Positions 28,855 through 39,185 of a DNA stretch of 64,000 nt are shown here, in pieces; position 1 is the first letter of the stretch, and each line of letters begins with the position of its first letter. The stretch lies in assembly GCA_963806855.1 (NCBI GenBank), contig CAWDYW010000001.1, positions 352,001-416,000 of the forward strand. Reading direction: 5' to 3'. Below the pieces are notes generated by a model that was not told the origin of the DNA, did no database searches, and saw only the letters and a program-made list of their open reading frames with translations. A program made the translations under genes and the position numbers. The DNA comes from an uncultured Verrucomicrobiae bacterium. Lineage in GTDB: Bacteria > Chlamydiota > Chlamydiia > Chlamydiales > Rhabdochlamydiaceae.

Positions 28855-29674
28855 ATGTCTTTAAAAATTGATGATCTGCTTCTGGCCACTCCAGAGAGAG
28901 AAAATAAAAAGCTGAAGGTGGAAGAAGAGAGCACGGATAGTGAGGATGCTGGTAAGAGAGCTTCTGGGCATTCAAGATGCTCTTCGCTTGATATTTCGAT
29001 ATTTGAACTTCGGTGAATTAATGGCAGTTGGAGTCGTTTGCCAAGGCTGGAGAGCGGCATCCCTAAAGCCTGAGCTATGGACGCCCGATTTAATGAAAAA
29101 GAGATTCCCATTTATCACTGTTCTAGGAAAAATTCAAATTCCAAGAGAATCGATCCTCCAAAACCTCATACCAACGCTCGATCAGATGGCCAAATTAAAG
29201 ATTTTGGGCAATGCTGGGGTGAGTATCGTAACTGTCAACAACACATCGACAAATCAACTGATCAGTTTAGGCAAATTCAATACAGTTGACCGGGCCGTTA
29301 CATCCCGAATAGGAGATCAAGAAGTGACAGGGACATGGGTCATCACAAATTCTGGTCTCGAAGGGACAGGTAATATGACCTATGATGAGCAGGAGCAATA
29401 CGTTAAAGAGCTCGGTTTTGAGATGCATGAGCTTGTTCCAATGACAGCCTTGAGTGTTTTTACCAAAGACAAAAGTTGGTTGGGAATGATCCACTCATCT
29501 ATGTCCGGTGTAGTAATTCGATTCAAACGCTTCAGGGAAAAATGAATGTGATCTTCGGGGGCACGTCTGAAAAAGGGCACCAATATCCGTGCCTACGAAT
29601 CCAATGAGAGAGTTCCTCATTATTATGCCGGGGCAATGAAAAAAATAGACTTTACTAACTCTGGAGTAAAGTGA
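28855..29674 (+). pseudogene. F-box domain protein with two apparent frameshifts
   Basis: F-box-like LRLIFRYLNFGELMAVGVVCQGWR...ELW. The ATG at 28855 and the C-terminal GNDPLIYVRC...VIFGG segment lie in other frames. Confidence 0.65.
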
Positions 29675-30725
29675 TCCCTTTGAGCTCTTGCTGCAAGAAG
29701 TCGGCCCGTTTCTGGTTGACCTCTTTGGGATCGGTCAAATTGGGAAACAGATGAGAGAAATAGCCCCGTCTGCATTTGAAAAAGAGATCGCTTAATATTT
29801 GATCGGTCACGCCGCTGATATAACCGAGCGAAAGGCCGAGTTTGAGCAGGCTGAGCAGGTCGAGCGCGTCTTTTGTCTCGAGCTGAAACGCGTGGAGCAT
29901 CAGCCCATAAGCTTTGCTAATCAGATCTTTCACCTCGATATTCTGCTCTTGTTTGAGATGCTGACGCATCGTCTTTTCGGCGCCGATCAATTTGGTGGCG
30001 GCAATTTGGATCGCATGTAAAATCGACTCTTCGCTCATCCCAATCGAGTAATTGTTCTGGAGGATCACCAGGTCGCCGATAAACTCCTCTTCTTCGCTCG
30101 ACATCCCTGTCACCTGCACTTCATCCTCTTCGGCGTTGGCCAGAGCGCTGTCGATCTGATCAGTGTGGATCAAGGCGGGCAGATGTAGGTAGGCATTGAC
30201 CGTCAAGCCTGTTCCACATTGGGAAGGGTCGGCAGTCAAGTATCCAAATTTAGGGCTAAAGGCAAATCCCTCTTTTGTGCTAATCCGATTTTCGATTTGG
30301 GCAAGGGTATTCCACGCGGCTTCCATTTGGTTGCTGATATTCAAGGCCCGTAGCTCCAAGTGATTGGCTGTATTGATCAGCCCCAAAAAGCTCCCCTTGT
30401 CATCAATGACCACTCCTGAGCCATTGGGAGGTTCAGTCAGGCCGCGCAAAAAGAGAAAATGCTCGAACAACAGCTCTCGATCGTTTGCGCTAAGGCTATT
30501 CATAGCAAAGAAATGAGGGTGCTCGATTCCGGAATCTTCCCTAAGGCTTTTTTTCAACGTTTGGAGGACCTGATCGACCTCCATCTTTTGCATCTTGCTT
30601 GGGAAGTTATACCGATTGAGATTGCGCCTTAGTGTCAGCGACGATCCCAGCCAGATTGCCTGATTCTCATGATTCCATGGGATGGAGCTGAGAAGAATAG
30701 AGGATAGCTCAGGGTTGCTGCTCAT
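29655..30725 (-). CDS. mcsB: Protein arginine kinase
   Basis: RRNL, FGYLTADPSQCGTGL, HLPAL, RAD; adjacent to mcsA. Confidence 0.9.
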   Translation of the reverse strand: MSSNPELSSILLSSIPWNHENQAIWLGSSLTLRRNLNRYNFPSKMQKMEVDQVLQTLKKSLREDSGIEHPHFFAMNSLSANDRELLFEHFLFLRGLTEPPNGSGVVIDDKGSFLGLINTANHLELRALNISNQMEAAWNTLAQIENRISTKEGFAFSPKFGYLTADPSQCGTGLTVNAYLHLPALIHTDQIDSALANAEEDEVQVTGMSSEEEEFIGDLVILQNNYSIGMSEESILHAIQIAATKLIGAEKTMRQHLKQEQNIEVKDLISKAYGLMLHAFQLETKDALDLLSLLKLGLSLGYISGVTDQILSDLFFKCRRGYFSHLFPNLTDPKEVNQKRADFLQQELKGITLLQS

Positions 30726-31227
30726 CTTTTTTATCCATTAATTCTTTAATCTGATCGCGCAGCCACGCCGCTTCTTCGTAGTTTTCCCGTTGCAGAGCAT
30801 CATTAAGCGCTTCGTTGAGGGCGGTAAGACGGCTCGAAGCGGGGATGCTGGCCGGTTTATCGGGTGTCTTCCCAATGTGGAGCGGCTGATTGCGGCGCAC
30901 ATTCTGCATCTGGGCGGGGATTTTATCTTCTGCGATTAGCTCTTGAATGAGCTGATCGCCGAAGACGGTATAGCACTCTCTGCAGCCCATTGGATTGCCC
31001 ATTTTGACCGCTTCCAAGGGGGTGTGGCAATGCCCGCAGAATAGGCCAGCACCCAAGCGCTCTTTATTTTCCGCAGCAAGTTCAGGGGTATCGCCATGCA
31101 ATTTTTTAAAGAGAATGGGGCAGTCGGCGCACATCTCTGTGACTGTAATCGTTTTGCCTACAATCTCCTTATAAATTACCTTTGCCGGTTTTTTACATTG
31201 CCCGCATTCATCAGGCCTCTCAGTCAT
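30709..31227 (-). CDS. mcsA: McsA activator (CxxC + UVR domain)
   Basis: Four CxxC motifs, MGCRECY, ENYEEAAWLRDQIK. Confidence 0.9.
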   Translation of the reverse strand: MTERPDECGQCKKPAKVIYKEIVGKTITVTEMCADCPILFKKLHGDTPELAAENKERLGAGLFCGHCHTPLEAVKMGNPMGCRECYTVFGDQLIQELIAEDKIPAQMQNVRRNQPLHIGKTPDKPASIPASSRLTALNEALNDALQRENYEEAAWLRDQIKELMDKKDEQQP

Positions 31228-31364
31228 AGCAATCCCTCATTTAATCGCATACTAGAAAGACCCGCATTAAATGTAAACCTGTTACACAGCAATTCGTGCC
31301 CGTGCCCGTGCCCGAAATTTACGCATTGCTTGATTGAAATGGCCTGCCGATCTATATAGGGGAT

Positions 31365-31667
31365 ATGAGGGTAATTTGTATTTTATTGCTGTTATGCTCT
31401 ATTTGCTGTGCTGCGCCAAAACATCGGCGCAATAGCGAGGCACTGTCGAGTAGAGATAAGGAGTTTGCTGAGAAATTGTCTGCGCGCCATCGAAGAATTT
31501 TCTGCGGGCAATTCAATCAGACTCAACGAGATGAAACTGTCAAATATGCACGCGGTATCGGCCAAGATAAATGCCGCACCCCTGATGAGGCTGTCCTCAA
31601 GGTAATGGAAGATGAGGGTTTGTCCTTAGCTTTCAAGGGACGCCCAGATTCCAAAAAGACTGAATAG
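31365..31667 (+). CDS. Hypothetical exported protein
   Basis: Signal-peptide-like N-terminus and GGGG RBS. Confidence 0.6.
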   Translation: MRVICILLLLCSICCAAPKHRRNSEALSSRDKEFAEKLSARHRRIFCGQFNQTQRDETVKYARGIGQDKCRTPDEAVLKVMEDEGLSLAFKGRPDSKKTE

Positions 31668-31676
31668 GAGAAGTCA

Positions 31677-31832
31677 ATGTTAGGTACAGTTTTAATTATT
31701 TTGTTAATTCTTTTATTAATCGGAGCGCTTCCTCGCTGGGGTTATAGCTCGGGCTGGGGATATGGTCCAACTGGGATTTTAGGCCTGGTCCTCATCGTCA
31801 TCGTCATTCTACTCTTATTGGGAAAAATCTAA
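31677..31832 (+). CDS. DUF3309 family small membrane protein (51 aa, missing from the ORF track)
   Basis: AGGAG RBS; MLGTVLIILLILLLIGALPRWGYSSGWGYGPTGILGLVLIVIVILLLLGKI. Confidence 0.85.
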   Translation: MLGTVLIILLILLLIGALPRWGYSSGWGYGPTGILGLVLIVIVILLLLGKI

Positions 31833-32716
31833 CTTTTTGTTAGCGCACTTTGCATCACAGGATATGTGAAGCAGATGAAATGGATGAGATTGAACACCCA
31901 GTGACAGAGGATGCTTGCCTCTAGAGCTCGGGTATATTGGTAGATTGTGCCGTAGATTAGTCCTGCCAGGAAAACGAGGGCTAGGAAGGGGATGCTTGCT
32001 ACCCAAAAATAGTGGAGCCCTGCAAAGAGCAGGGCGGTGAGGAAAATGGCCCCAGCGCTCGCCATAAATCCTTTCCCACCAAACCAGCGGAAGCACTCGT
32101 TTTGAACGAATCCGCGCCAAAAGGCCTCTTCGATAATCGAAACGAAGAGGAGATTTTCTAGGGCAAAGAACCAGAGGATCTTCGGAAACTTCGGGGCCCA
32201 TTCAATCAGACCAGAATAGAGAGATGTGACGATCAGGATGGCGAGGCCGCAAAGGGTCATCGGGATGGCCACTTTCAACATTTTGCTAAATTCTTTCAGA
32301 TTCTGCAGGAGAGGAAAGCCGAGGACGAGGATAAAAATCCCGATAAACGGTTTGTCGAAATTCAGATAGAGGGAAAATGGGGAGGCATTGGGAGTCAGCT
32401 GAGCTTTGCTAATGATGAGCCAGTTGTTAAAGCCAGGAAATTTGTGGATGAGCAGTCCCAATGAAATGGCAATTGTAAGAAGCGCTAGGAGGAAACGGGC
32501 GAGCCCTTTGATGTCCCCTTTGAGCAGAGCGTGGAGGATGAGAAGCGCTCCAATCGGCGCGAGGGCGATCGGTTCAATCAGTTTGGCAAAATAGCCGAGG
32601 GTGAAAGCGAAAATGAGAAATCCGCCCCAAATCCAAGGTGAGCGCTTGACCCAGGCACTGATGATGGTCATCGCCAAAGCAAAAAAAGCGAGTGCAGAGG
32701 TTGTGTAAGAATCCAT
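31829..32716 (-). CDS. CPBP (CAAX/Abi) intramembrane metalloprotease
   Basis: EEAFWRG, FAGLH and HWVFN motifs; multiple TM segments. Confidence 0.88.
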   Translation of the reverse strand: MDSYTTSALAFFALAMTIISAWVKRSPWIWGGFLIFAFTLGYFAKLIEPIALAPIGALLILHALLKGDIKGLARFLLALLTIAISLGLLIHKFPGFNNWLIISKAQLTPNASPFSLYLNFDKPFIGIFILVLGFPLLQNLKEFSKMLKVAIPMTLCGLAILIVTSLYSGLIEWAPKFPKILWFFALENLLFVSIIEEAFWRGFVQNECFRWFGGKGFMASAGAIFLTALLFAGLHYFWVASIPFLALVFLAGLIYGTIYQYTRALEASILCHWVFNLIHFICFTYPVMQSALTKS

Positions 32717-32752
32717 ACTGTGAATATAACAGGCTGTGGTATAAAAATCAGT

Positions 32753-33463
32753 ATGATTCGACGCAGAAAAGACAACATAGAGTGGCTCGAGTATGAGCAG
32801 TTGCAAGAATTTCCCGAAGTGGTTCATGGGATATTTTTCCGCGATCTCAATTGTCGAGAAAATGAGTCTTTAGAGGCTATTCGGGACATGTTTGGCCTAG
32901 AGAAAGTGATCTGGGGAAAACATGTGCACGGCAACGCGGTGATGGAAGCCGCACAGTTAGGTGTGGAGTGCGATGGGATTGTGACAGCAGAACGGAACAT
33001 CGGACTGCTCGCCGCCCACGCTGATTGCCAGGTCGCCATTTTCTTCGATCCAATCCGAAAGGTGATCGCCAATGTCCATAGTGGATGGCGAGGAAGCGTT
33101 AAGAATATCTACGCCAATGCCGTTGACTACTTGAAGCGGGAGCATCGGAGCAACCCAGCCGATCTGTTAGTTGGCATTGGGCCGAGCTTAGGCCCCGATA
33201 AAGCTGAGTTTATCAATCATCCGGTCGAACTGCCTCCTGAATTTTTACCCTTTCAGGTGCGGGAAAATTATTTTGATTTCTGGGAAATCTCAAAAATGCA
33301 ACTGCGCGATGTCGGCATTCTCGATCAGCATGTTGAAATTGCTGGAATTTGCACCTATATGGGGGAAAATGAATTTTTTTCACATAGACGAGACAAAAAA
33401 ACTGGGCGAAATGGTACAGTAGTTGCCTTAAAACCGTTAAAACCTTATTTATTGAGCAAATGA
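32753..33463 (+). CDS. pgeF: YfiH/PgeF laccase-domain protein
   Basis: HVHG, ADC, HSGWRG, IGPS, CT and FFSHRR motifs. Confidence 0.85.
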   Translation: MIRRRKDNIEWLEYEQLQEFPEVVHGIFFRDLNCRENESLEAIRDMFGLEKVIWGKHVHGNAVMEAAQLGVECDGIVTAERNIGLLAAHADCQVAIFFDPIRKVIANVHSGWRGSVKNIYANAVDYLKREHRSNPADLLVGIGPSLGPDKAEFINHPVELPPEFLPFQVRENYFDFWEISKMQLRDVGILDQHVEIAGICTYMGENEFFSHRRDKKTGRNGTVVALKPLKPYLLSK

Positions 33464-34590
33464 AAAAAATTCTCATTCTCTCCTGTCTCGGTGGTTATGG
33501 ACATATCGCAGCGACAAATACTCTAAAGCAGCTGTTGGGCAGCGAGTATGAAATCGAAACGATTTATCCTATTAAGGAACTTCGGATCTTCGGAATCCCG
33601 ACGGGAGAAGAATTTTATAATTACACCCTCGCAAGAAACTGGACGCGGTTTATCAATTGGTATGCCAAAGTGCTCGCCTTTCCCATCTTCGCTCAAAGGC
33701 AGCAAAAGACCATTGATCAGATTGAAAGACATATTATAGAAAAAAAGCCCGATCTAGTGATCTCTGTGCTCCCCTTTGTCAACTACCCTGCCTCTGAAGC
33801 TGCTCGCAAGTCTGGTGTTCCCTTTTTACTCGTTACCACCGACAACGACCTCTATAACTGGGTGTTTGGCTTGGAAAAAAGCCAACATGAGAATTTCCGA
33901 GTGACGATCGGCGCCGACCTACCGAGCTCAAAGGGGCTTCTGCTCGATCATGCAGTTGCCGAATCGGCAATCGAAACAACGGGCTTTCCATTGCGTCCTA
34001 ACTTTTTTTCTCTACGGAGGAAAGAGGATTTGCGGGAAGAATATCAGATTCCCCAAGGCAAAAAAGTGGTCTTGATTGTCATGGGAGGCGTTGGCGGGCG
34101 ATGTGCTTACAAGTATGCAAAGACGATTATCGAAAGTCAGCTCGATGTGCACCTGATTGTCTGCGCTGGCAGAAATAGAAAATTGCTCGCGAAATTGAAG
34201 AGCCTAAGCGGCAATATCACCGCGATGCCCTTCACTGAAAAGATGGACGAACTTTTTTCCATGGCCGATCTGATTATCACCAAACCGGGCCCAGGTACCA
34301 TCAATGAAGTGCTCTCGGTAAAAGTGCCTCTTTTGGTCGACAGAACTAGGACGCCGCTGTTCTGGGAACAGGTCAATATCGATTGGGTCCTCGATCTCAA
34401 AGTGGGTGGCGTTGTCAAATCGTTTAACGAGCTGCCCGATTTGATTCGCAAATTTCTCTATGATGAAAAAACATGTGCAGAAGTCGCTCGGAGCTATGCT
34501 CAAATCCCTGAAAATCAGTTTGCAGATAGGATTGAGACGCTCATCGAAGAGATGTGCGGAGTAGAGATTTTACAAACTTCGTCCTTGTAG
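33460..34590 (+). CDS. GT28 diacylglycerol (MGDG synthase-like) glycosyltransferase
   Basis: GGYGH, TGFPLR, MGG and ITKPGPGT motifs. Confidence 0.85.
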   Translation: MKKILILSCLGGYGHIAATNTLKQLLGSEYEIETIYPIKELRIFGIPTGEEFYNYTLARNWTRFINWYAKVLAFPIFAQRQQKTIDQIERHIIEKKPDLVISVLPFVNYPASEAARKSGVPFLLVTTDNDLYNWVFGLEKSQHENFRVTIGADLPSSKGLLLDHAVAESAIETTGFPLRPNFFSLRRKEDLREEYQIPQGKKVVLIVMGGVGGRCAYKYAKTIIESQLDVHLIVCAGRNRKLLAKLKSLSGNITAMPFTEKMDELFSMADLIITKPGPGTINEVLSVKVPLLVDRTRTPLFWEQVNIDWVLDLKVGGVVKSFNELPDLIRKFLYDEKTCAEVARSYAQIPENQFADRIETLIEEMCGVEILQTSSL

Positions 34591-34620
34591 AATTTCTTTA
34601 AATACCGTATACTTTCTTCC

Positions 34621-36531
34621 ATGTTTTTAGAAAAATTTTGTATCTTAGGCTTAGCAATGATTGCACCTTTTGGATCTTGGGAATCTCCCATTACAACCGA
34701 TCTTATCTCTTCAGGTTCGATCATTTTTAATGAAATGCAAGCTGATGAAGAGGGGCTCTACTGGACGGAGACCCATCCGAAAGAAAAGGGGCGCTCAGCC
34801 ATGGTCCGTTATGATGGCAAAGAGCACCCGCTCTTGCCAGAAATCAATGTCCGCAGCCGTGTCCACGAATATGGGGGCGGCGCCTTTTGCTTAAGTCATG
34901 GAAAAGTGATTTTCTCAAATGACGCCGACAAACAGCTCTACCTCTTCGATGGCGCAGCGAAAAAGCTCACTGATACTCCAAGCTGCCGCTTTGCAGATGG
35001 GTGTGGACAGATTTGGGTCTGTGAAGAGCATGGAGATAAGATAAAAAATTATCTGGTCCGCGTCGATGAAAAAGGGGTTCACGAGATCGCTTCAGGGCAT
35101 GATTTTTATAGTTCACCGCGCCTTAGTCCCGATGGAAAAAAGCTAGCGTTCATTACATGGGATTTCCCCAGCATGCAGTGGGACAGTTCCCTATTGTGGC
35201 TGGCTGATGTCGCCGAAGATGGGAGCTTGCACAACGTGATGCCAATTAGCGGCGGTCCAAATGAATCGGTTTGCCAAGTTCGATGGTCTCCCGATGGCAT
35301 TTTACATTTCGTCTCCGACAAAACCGGATTCTGGAATCTTTATCGCTATCACAAAGGACGTGCAAAAAATCTGTGCGAAATGAAAGCAGAGTTTGGGATC
35401 CCCGCTTGGGTCTTTGGCCGCCCCACCTACTCCTTTCTGCCCAATGGAAAAATCGCCTGCGTCTACACGATTAAAGGGATCGACCACCTCGGCCTCATTG
35501 ATCCGAACACAAAAAGCTTGACCGATCTGAAACAGCCCTTCACCTCGATCCACAATATCGTCACCTATCGGGGACAAGTCTATTTCTTCGGCGTTTCTCC
35601 TACAGAACCCGCTTCGGTCATCTGCTTTGACCCCGAGACAAACCTCTCCACCTCCGTCAAGAAGAGCTTTTCTACTCCGATTACCAAAGAGTGGATCTCC
35701 AAAGCCGAAGTGATCCAGTATCCTACCCATGATGGAAAAGTGGGATATGCTTTCTATTATGCTCCCAAAAACCCCAACTACGAAGCACCCAAAGGGGAAA
35801 AACCGCCCCTCATCGTCAAAGTGCATGGTGGACCTACCGGCCGCTCCTATAATCAATTCCTTCTTGAAACCCAGTTTTGGACATCGCGAGGATTTGCTTT
35901 GGTCGACGTCAACTATGGCGGAAGCACTGGATATGGGCGAGAGTATTTTAAGCGGCTTGAAAAGAACTGGGGGGTTGTCGACGTTGAAGATAGCGTCAGC
36001 GCTGCGAATGTCCTCATAGAGCGCGGTCTTGTCGATCCTGAGCGGCTCCTGATCCGCGGAGGAAGCGCCGGTGGGTATACTACCCTTGCGGCTCTTGCCT
36101 TCAAAGATCTCTTCGCCGGGGGAACAAGCTATTTTGGGATCAGTAACCTCGAACTTATGAACGATGATACCCATAAATTTGAGTCTCGCTATAACGATCT
36201 CCTCATTGGCCCCTGCCCAGAAGCCCTCGAGACCCTTCGCGCTCGCTCTCCGATCCATTCCCTCGACAAGATCCACGCCCCCATTCTGCTCCTCCAGGGA
36301 GCTGATGACAAGATCGTTCCCCCCGAGCAATCGGTTCTGATCTACGACGCGCTGAAAGCAAAAGGGGTGCCAGTGGGGCTCATTGTTTTCGAAGGAGAAG
36401 GACATGGCTTTAGACAAGCGCCAAATATCAAGCGCTCACTCGATGCCGAGCTCTATTTCTATTCCAAAATCCTGAACATCCCCCTGCCGACGCCTTTTGC
36501 GGAGCCACCGGTTGATATCTCAGGACTTTAA
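34621..36531 (+). CDS. S9 family peptidase
   Basis: APFGSWESP, HGGPT, GGSAGG, D.IVP and EGHGF motifs. Confidence 0.92.
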   Translation: MFLEKFCILGLAMIAPFGSWESPITTDLISSGSIIFNEMQADEEGLYWTETHPKEKGRSAMVRYDGKEHPLLPEINVRSRVHEYGGGAFCLSHGKVIFSNDADKQLYLFDGAAKKLTDTPSCRFADGCGQIWVCEEHGDKIKNYLVRVDEKGVHEIASGHDFYSSPRLSPDGKKLAFITWDFPSMQWDSSLLWLADVAEDGSLHNVMPISGGPNESVCQVRWSPDGILHFVSDKTGFWNLYRYHKGRAKNLCEMKAEFGIPAWVFGRPTYSFLPNGKIACVYTIKGIDHLGLIDPNTKSLTDLKQPFTSIHNIVTYRGQVYFFGVSPTEPASVICFDPETNLSTSVKKSFSTPITKEWISKAEVIQYPTHDGKVGYAFYYAPKNPNYEAPKGEKPPLIVKVHGGPTGRSYNQFLLETQFWTSRGFALVDVNYGGSTGYGREYFKRLEKNWGVVDVEDSVSAANVLIERGLVDPERLLIRGGSAGGYTTLAALAFKDLFAGGTSYFGISNLELMNDDTHKFESRYNDLLIGPCPEALETLRARSPIHSLDKIHAPILLLQGADDKIVPPEQSVLIYDALKAKGVPVGLIVFEGEGHGFRQAPNIKRSLDAELYFYSKILNIPLPTPFAEPPVDISGL

Positions 36532-37382
36532 ATAGGCAAAGTTTTAGCCGCCCGGTCGATTCCGGCCCACGGATTCTTCTTTAGCCTTTTGTCGATATTG
36601 TGGATGTTAAAGCTCGTCGACTTCAGCCTGTCATCCTCCAGCTCTTTCCAGAAGAGAGGGGTGGCGATGGGAGCTCCCTCGATTGGCCGCACCGCATAGG
36701 GAGCCATCACGGTCTGCCCTTTGGCGTTGCGCACGACATCGATGTAAAGCCTCCCTCGTCTTTTGGCAATCCGTGACTCGGTGGTATATTTTTTCGGTTC
36801 TGCTTCGACAAGCTGCTCTGCAATCTGCTTGGCAAAAGCGCGCACATCATCGAAATGACGAGTCCGTTTGATCGGGACCACGACATGCAGACCCTTCGAT
36901 CCGGTTGTAGTGACAAAGGGCTTTAGCTTATATTTTTTCTCCAAGATCTCTTTGAGAAGCAGCGCCGCCTCCACAACCACTTTAAAGTTCTTTTTCGCTG
37001 GCGGATCGAGGTCAAAAATCATCCGATCGGGAAAATCTGGTTTATCGATTTTGGAGAGCCAAATGTGGGGAGTGATGCAGTCGAGATTGGCGAGCCAAAG
37101 CAGAGTCGACTTGTCATTGCACAGGACCATGTCGATCGTATCTCTTTCTTCTCGCTCGACCCTAATGGTCTTTACCCATTCTGGTTTGCCTTGGGGAGCA
37201 TTTTTTTGGAAAAACCCCTCTTCCTTTATCCCCTGAGGGTACCGCTTCATCGAAATCGGTCGATTCTTGATCAGCGGGAGCATCCATTTGGACACCTTTG
37301 CATAATAGTCCCACAGCTCTTGCTTGGTGATTTTGCTCTTGGGAAAGAGAACTTTGTCTGGATGTGAAAGGGCAATCTTCAT
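36528..37382 (-). CDS. Stand-alone LigD polymerase/primase domain
   Basis: SHPDKVLFP, RYPQG..FFQKN, FDLDP, TTGSKGLH, PYAVR..APIATPL. Confidence 0.92.
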   Translation of the reverse strand: MKIALSHPDKVLFPKSKITKQELWDYYAKVSKWMLPLIKNRPISMKRYPQGIKEEGFFQKNAPQGKPEWVKTIRVEREERDTIDMVLCNDKSTLLWLANLDCITPHIWLSKIDKPDFPDRMIFDLDPPAKKNFKVVVEAALLLKEILEKKYKLKPFVTTTGSKGLHVVVPIKRTRHFDDVRAFAKQIAEQLVEAEPKKYTTESRIAKRRGRLYIDVVRNAKGQTVMAPYAVRPIEGAPIATPLFWKELEDDRLKSTSFNIHNIDKRLKKNPWAGIDRAAKTLPI

Positions 37383-38293
37383 GCTCGTTCCCTCACTACG
37401 CTCTTGGCCGGTTTGTCTTTGCGCAGGCCCAAAAACCGCGGATGCCTTAGCTTACCCTCATTTGTCCATTCAGTAAAGCCCACTTCACAGACTAGGGAGG
37501 GGCGGACAAAATGGACTGTCTTCTCTTTGATTTCTTCCACAAAGGGAGAGCTCTTTTTTTCTATTTTTTTCAGCTTCGCACCCAAACTATCCAAAGTGGC
37601 CGTGTCGAATCCTGTCCCCACCTTGCCGGCATAGTGAAATTTCCCCCGCTCGTAGTAACCGACGAGTAGAGCCCCAAAATTCATGCGAGAGCCCTGTGGC
37701 TCCGTATAACCGCCGATCACCAGCTCCTGTCCTTTGGAGCATTTAAATTTTAGCCAGTCGCGGGTCCGTTTGCTCACATAGGAGGCATCTAACCGCTTGG
37801 CAATCGCCCCTTCGAGTCCTAGCTTGCACATCTTTCTATAGAAGGTTTCCCCGGCCCCTTTCACGTGAGGTGTAAAATGGATCGGTCCACCAAAAGGGAA
37901 ATGGGCTTTCAGCAATTTTTTTCTCTCGAGAAGAGGCAATTTGACCAATTCCTCTCCATCCCAAATCAATAGATCAAAGATATAAAAATGGAGGGCGATT
38001 TTTTTCCTCGCCCGATTCTGCAGCGCGGCAAAACTCGACGCCCTGCCCTTGAATGCCACCACTTCCCCATCGACCACATAATCTTTACTCTTCTTGGCCT
38101 CCAGAGCGCTCACAATCTGGGGAAAATCGTCGTTTAAGAGCTTGTGATTGCGAGAGAAAAGGGTCACTTTGCCCTTCACCTTAATGGCGATGCACCGGAT
38201 CCCATCGAATTTCTCCTCAAAGATCCAATTCTCATCGGAGAAAGGCTTGTCGACCAAGGTAGCGAGCTCAGGAGCAATCCAGCGGGGCTTCAT
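37379..38293 (-). CDS. Stand-alone LigD ATP-dependent ligase domain
   Basis: EEKFDGIR, DGEVV, FDLL, EGAIAK, WLKFK and LRHPRF motifs. Confidence 0.93.
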   Translation of the reverse strand: MKPRWIAPELATLVDKPFSDENWIFEEKFDGIRCIAIKVKGKVTLFSRNHKLLNDDFPQIVSALEAKKSKDYVVDGEVVAFKGRASSFAALQNRARKKIALHFYIFDLLIWDGEELVKLPLLERKKLLKAHFPFGGPIHFTPHVKGAGETFYRKMCKLGLEGAIAKRLDASYVSKRTRDWLKFKCSKGQELVIGGYTEPQGSRMNFGALLVGYYERGKFHYAGKVGTGFDTATLDSLGAKLKKIEKKSSPFVEEIKEKTVHFVRPSLVCEVGFTEWTNEGKLRHPRFLGLRKDKPAKSVVRERA

Positions 38294-38760
38294 TTTTTCG
38301 CTCTTATCTTGATGAGGAGCCAGTTTTTTTCTTTAAAATGGACCAGGGCATAGGTTCCTTTAAGGCGCTTACCCTCTGCGCGGAATTCGATCACCCCATC
38401 TTTAAAACACTTAGGTAACGAATCGGTCTTCAGATTCTCAAAGGTGCCAGAGTCCCAAATCTCCACCTTGCCGGCGCCATAATTCCCCGCGGGAATGATC
38501 CCCTCAAATTTGGCATACTCCATCGGGTGATTCTCCGTCAGGACTGCCAAATGCTTTTCACCTATCTTCTTCGGAGGGCCCTTCGGCACAGCCCACGACT
38601 TGAGCACGCCGCGCATCTCAAGCCGCAGATCATAGTGGAGCGACCTGGCATAGTGCTTCTGAATGACAAAGATCGGGGCCTTCCCAGCTGTGGTCTTTGC
38701 CCCTTTGGGCTCTGGTGTTTCGGCAAAGCGGCGCCGTTTGCGGTAATCCGTAAGGCTCAT
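38290..38760 (-). CDS. Stand-alone LigD 3'-phosphoesterase domain
   Basis: YRKRRRFAETPEP, FVIQKHYARSLHYDLRLE, SWAVPKGP, YGAG.V.IWD.G. Confidence 0.93.
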   Translation of the reverse strand: MSLTDYRKRRRFAETPEPKGAKTTAGKAPIFVIQKHYARSLHYDLRLEMRGVLKSWAVPKGPPKKIGEKHLAVLTENHPMEYAKFEGIIPAGNYGAGKVEIWDSGTFENLKTDSLPKCFKDGVIEFRAEGKRLKGTYALVHFKEKNWLLIKIRAKK

Positions 38761-38804
38761 CGATTTCTGTATAGGGCACCCGGGGTAATTTGATCAAGAG
38801 TATC

Positions 38805-38834
38805 TTGACTTTAATAATGTAACTGAGTTACAAT
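38805..38834 (+). promoter_or_regulatory. Promoter with overlapping operator palindrome
   Basis: TTGACT-18-TACAAT with TGTAACT-G-AGTTACA at 38818-38832. Confidence 0.65.
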
Positions 38835-38860
38835 AAAGCTATAAGAGTAAAGGATTCCTG

Positions 38861-39181
38861 TTGTCTCACCAGAAACCTAAAAAAATAGAAAATCTGATTG
38901 AAAAAATAAAAGAGTGTATTAACTCAGGCAGATACCGCGATACTACACATGCTACTATTAGAAAAAATGAGCGAAAAATTATTTTACCGGAAATTATTTA
39001 TGTGTTAACAACCGGTAGGCATGAAAAAAGCAAAGATCGTATTGATGAAGCTTTTGATTCATGGAATTATGCAATAAGAGGGTGGACTTTGGATAGGAAG
39101 GATTTAAGGATCATCGTCTCTTTTGATGAAGATAGAGACCTGTTGATTATTACAGCCTTTTATATCGAAAGGAAAGGATAA
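38861..39181 (+). CDS. DUF4258-like protein, putative toxin
   Basis: T.HA..R..ER.I and YAIRG...LRIIVSF...IITA pattern. Confidence 0.7.
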   Translation: MSHQKPKKIENLIEKIKECINSGRYRDTTHATIRKNERKIILPEIIYVLTTGRHEKSKDRIDEAFDSWNYAIRGWTLDRKDLRIIVSFDEDRDLLIITAFYIERKG

Positions 39182-39185
39182 TAAT

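Noticed and set aside
31295..31313. GTGCCC x3 microsatellite upstream of mcsA
   Set aside because: Too short to support any function from this window.
35302..36417. Long antisense ORFs (also 40208-41074, 41312-41944, 49207-50310, 55955-56677)
   Set aside because: Shadow frames opposite well-supported GC-rich genes, with no motifs.
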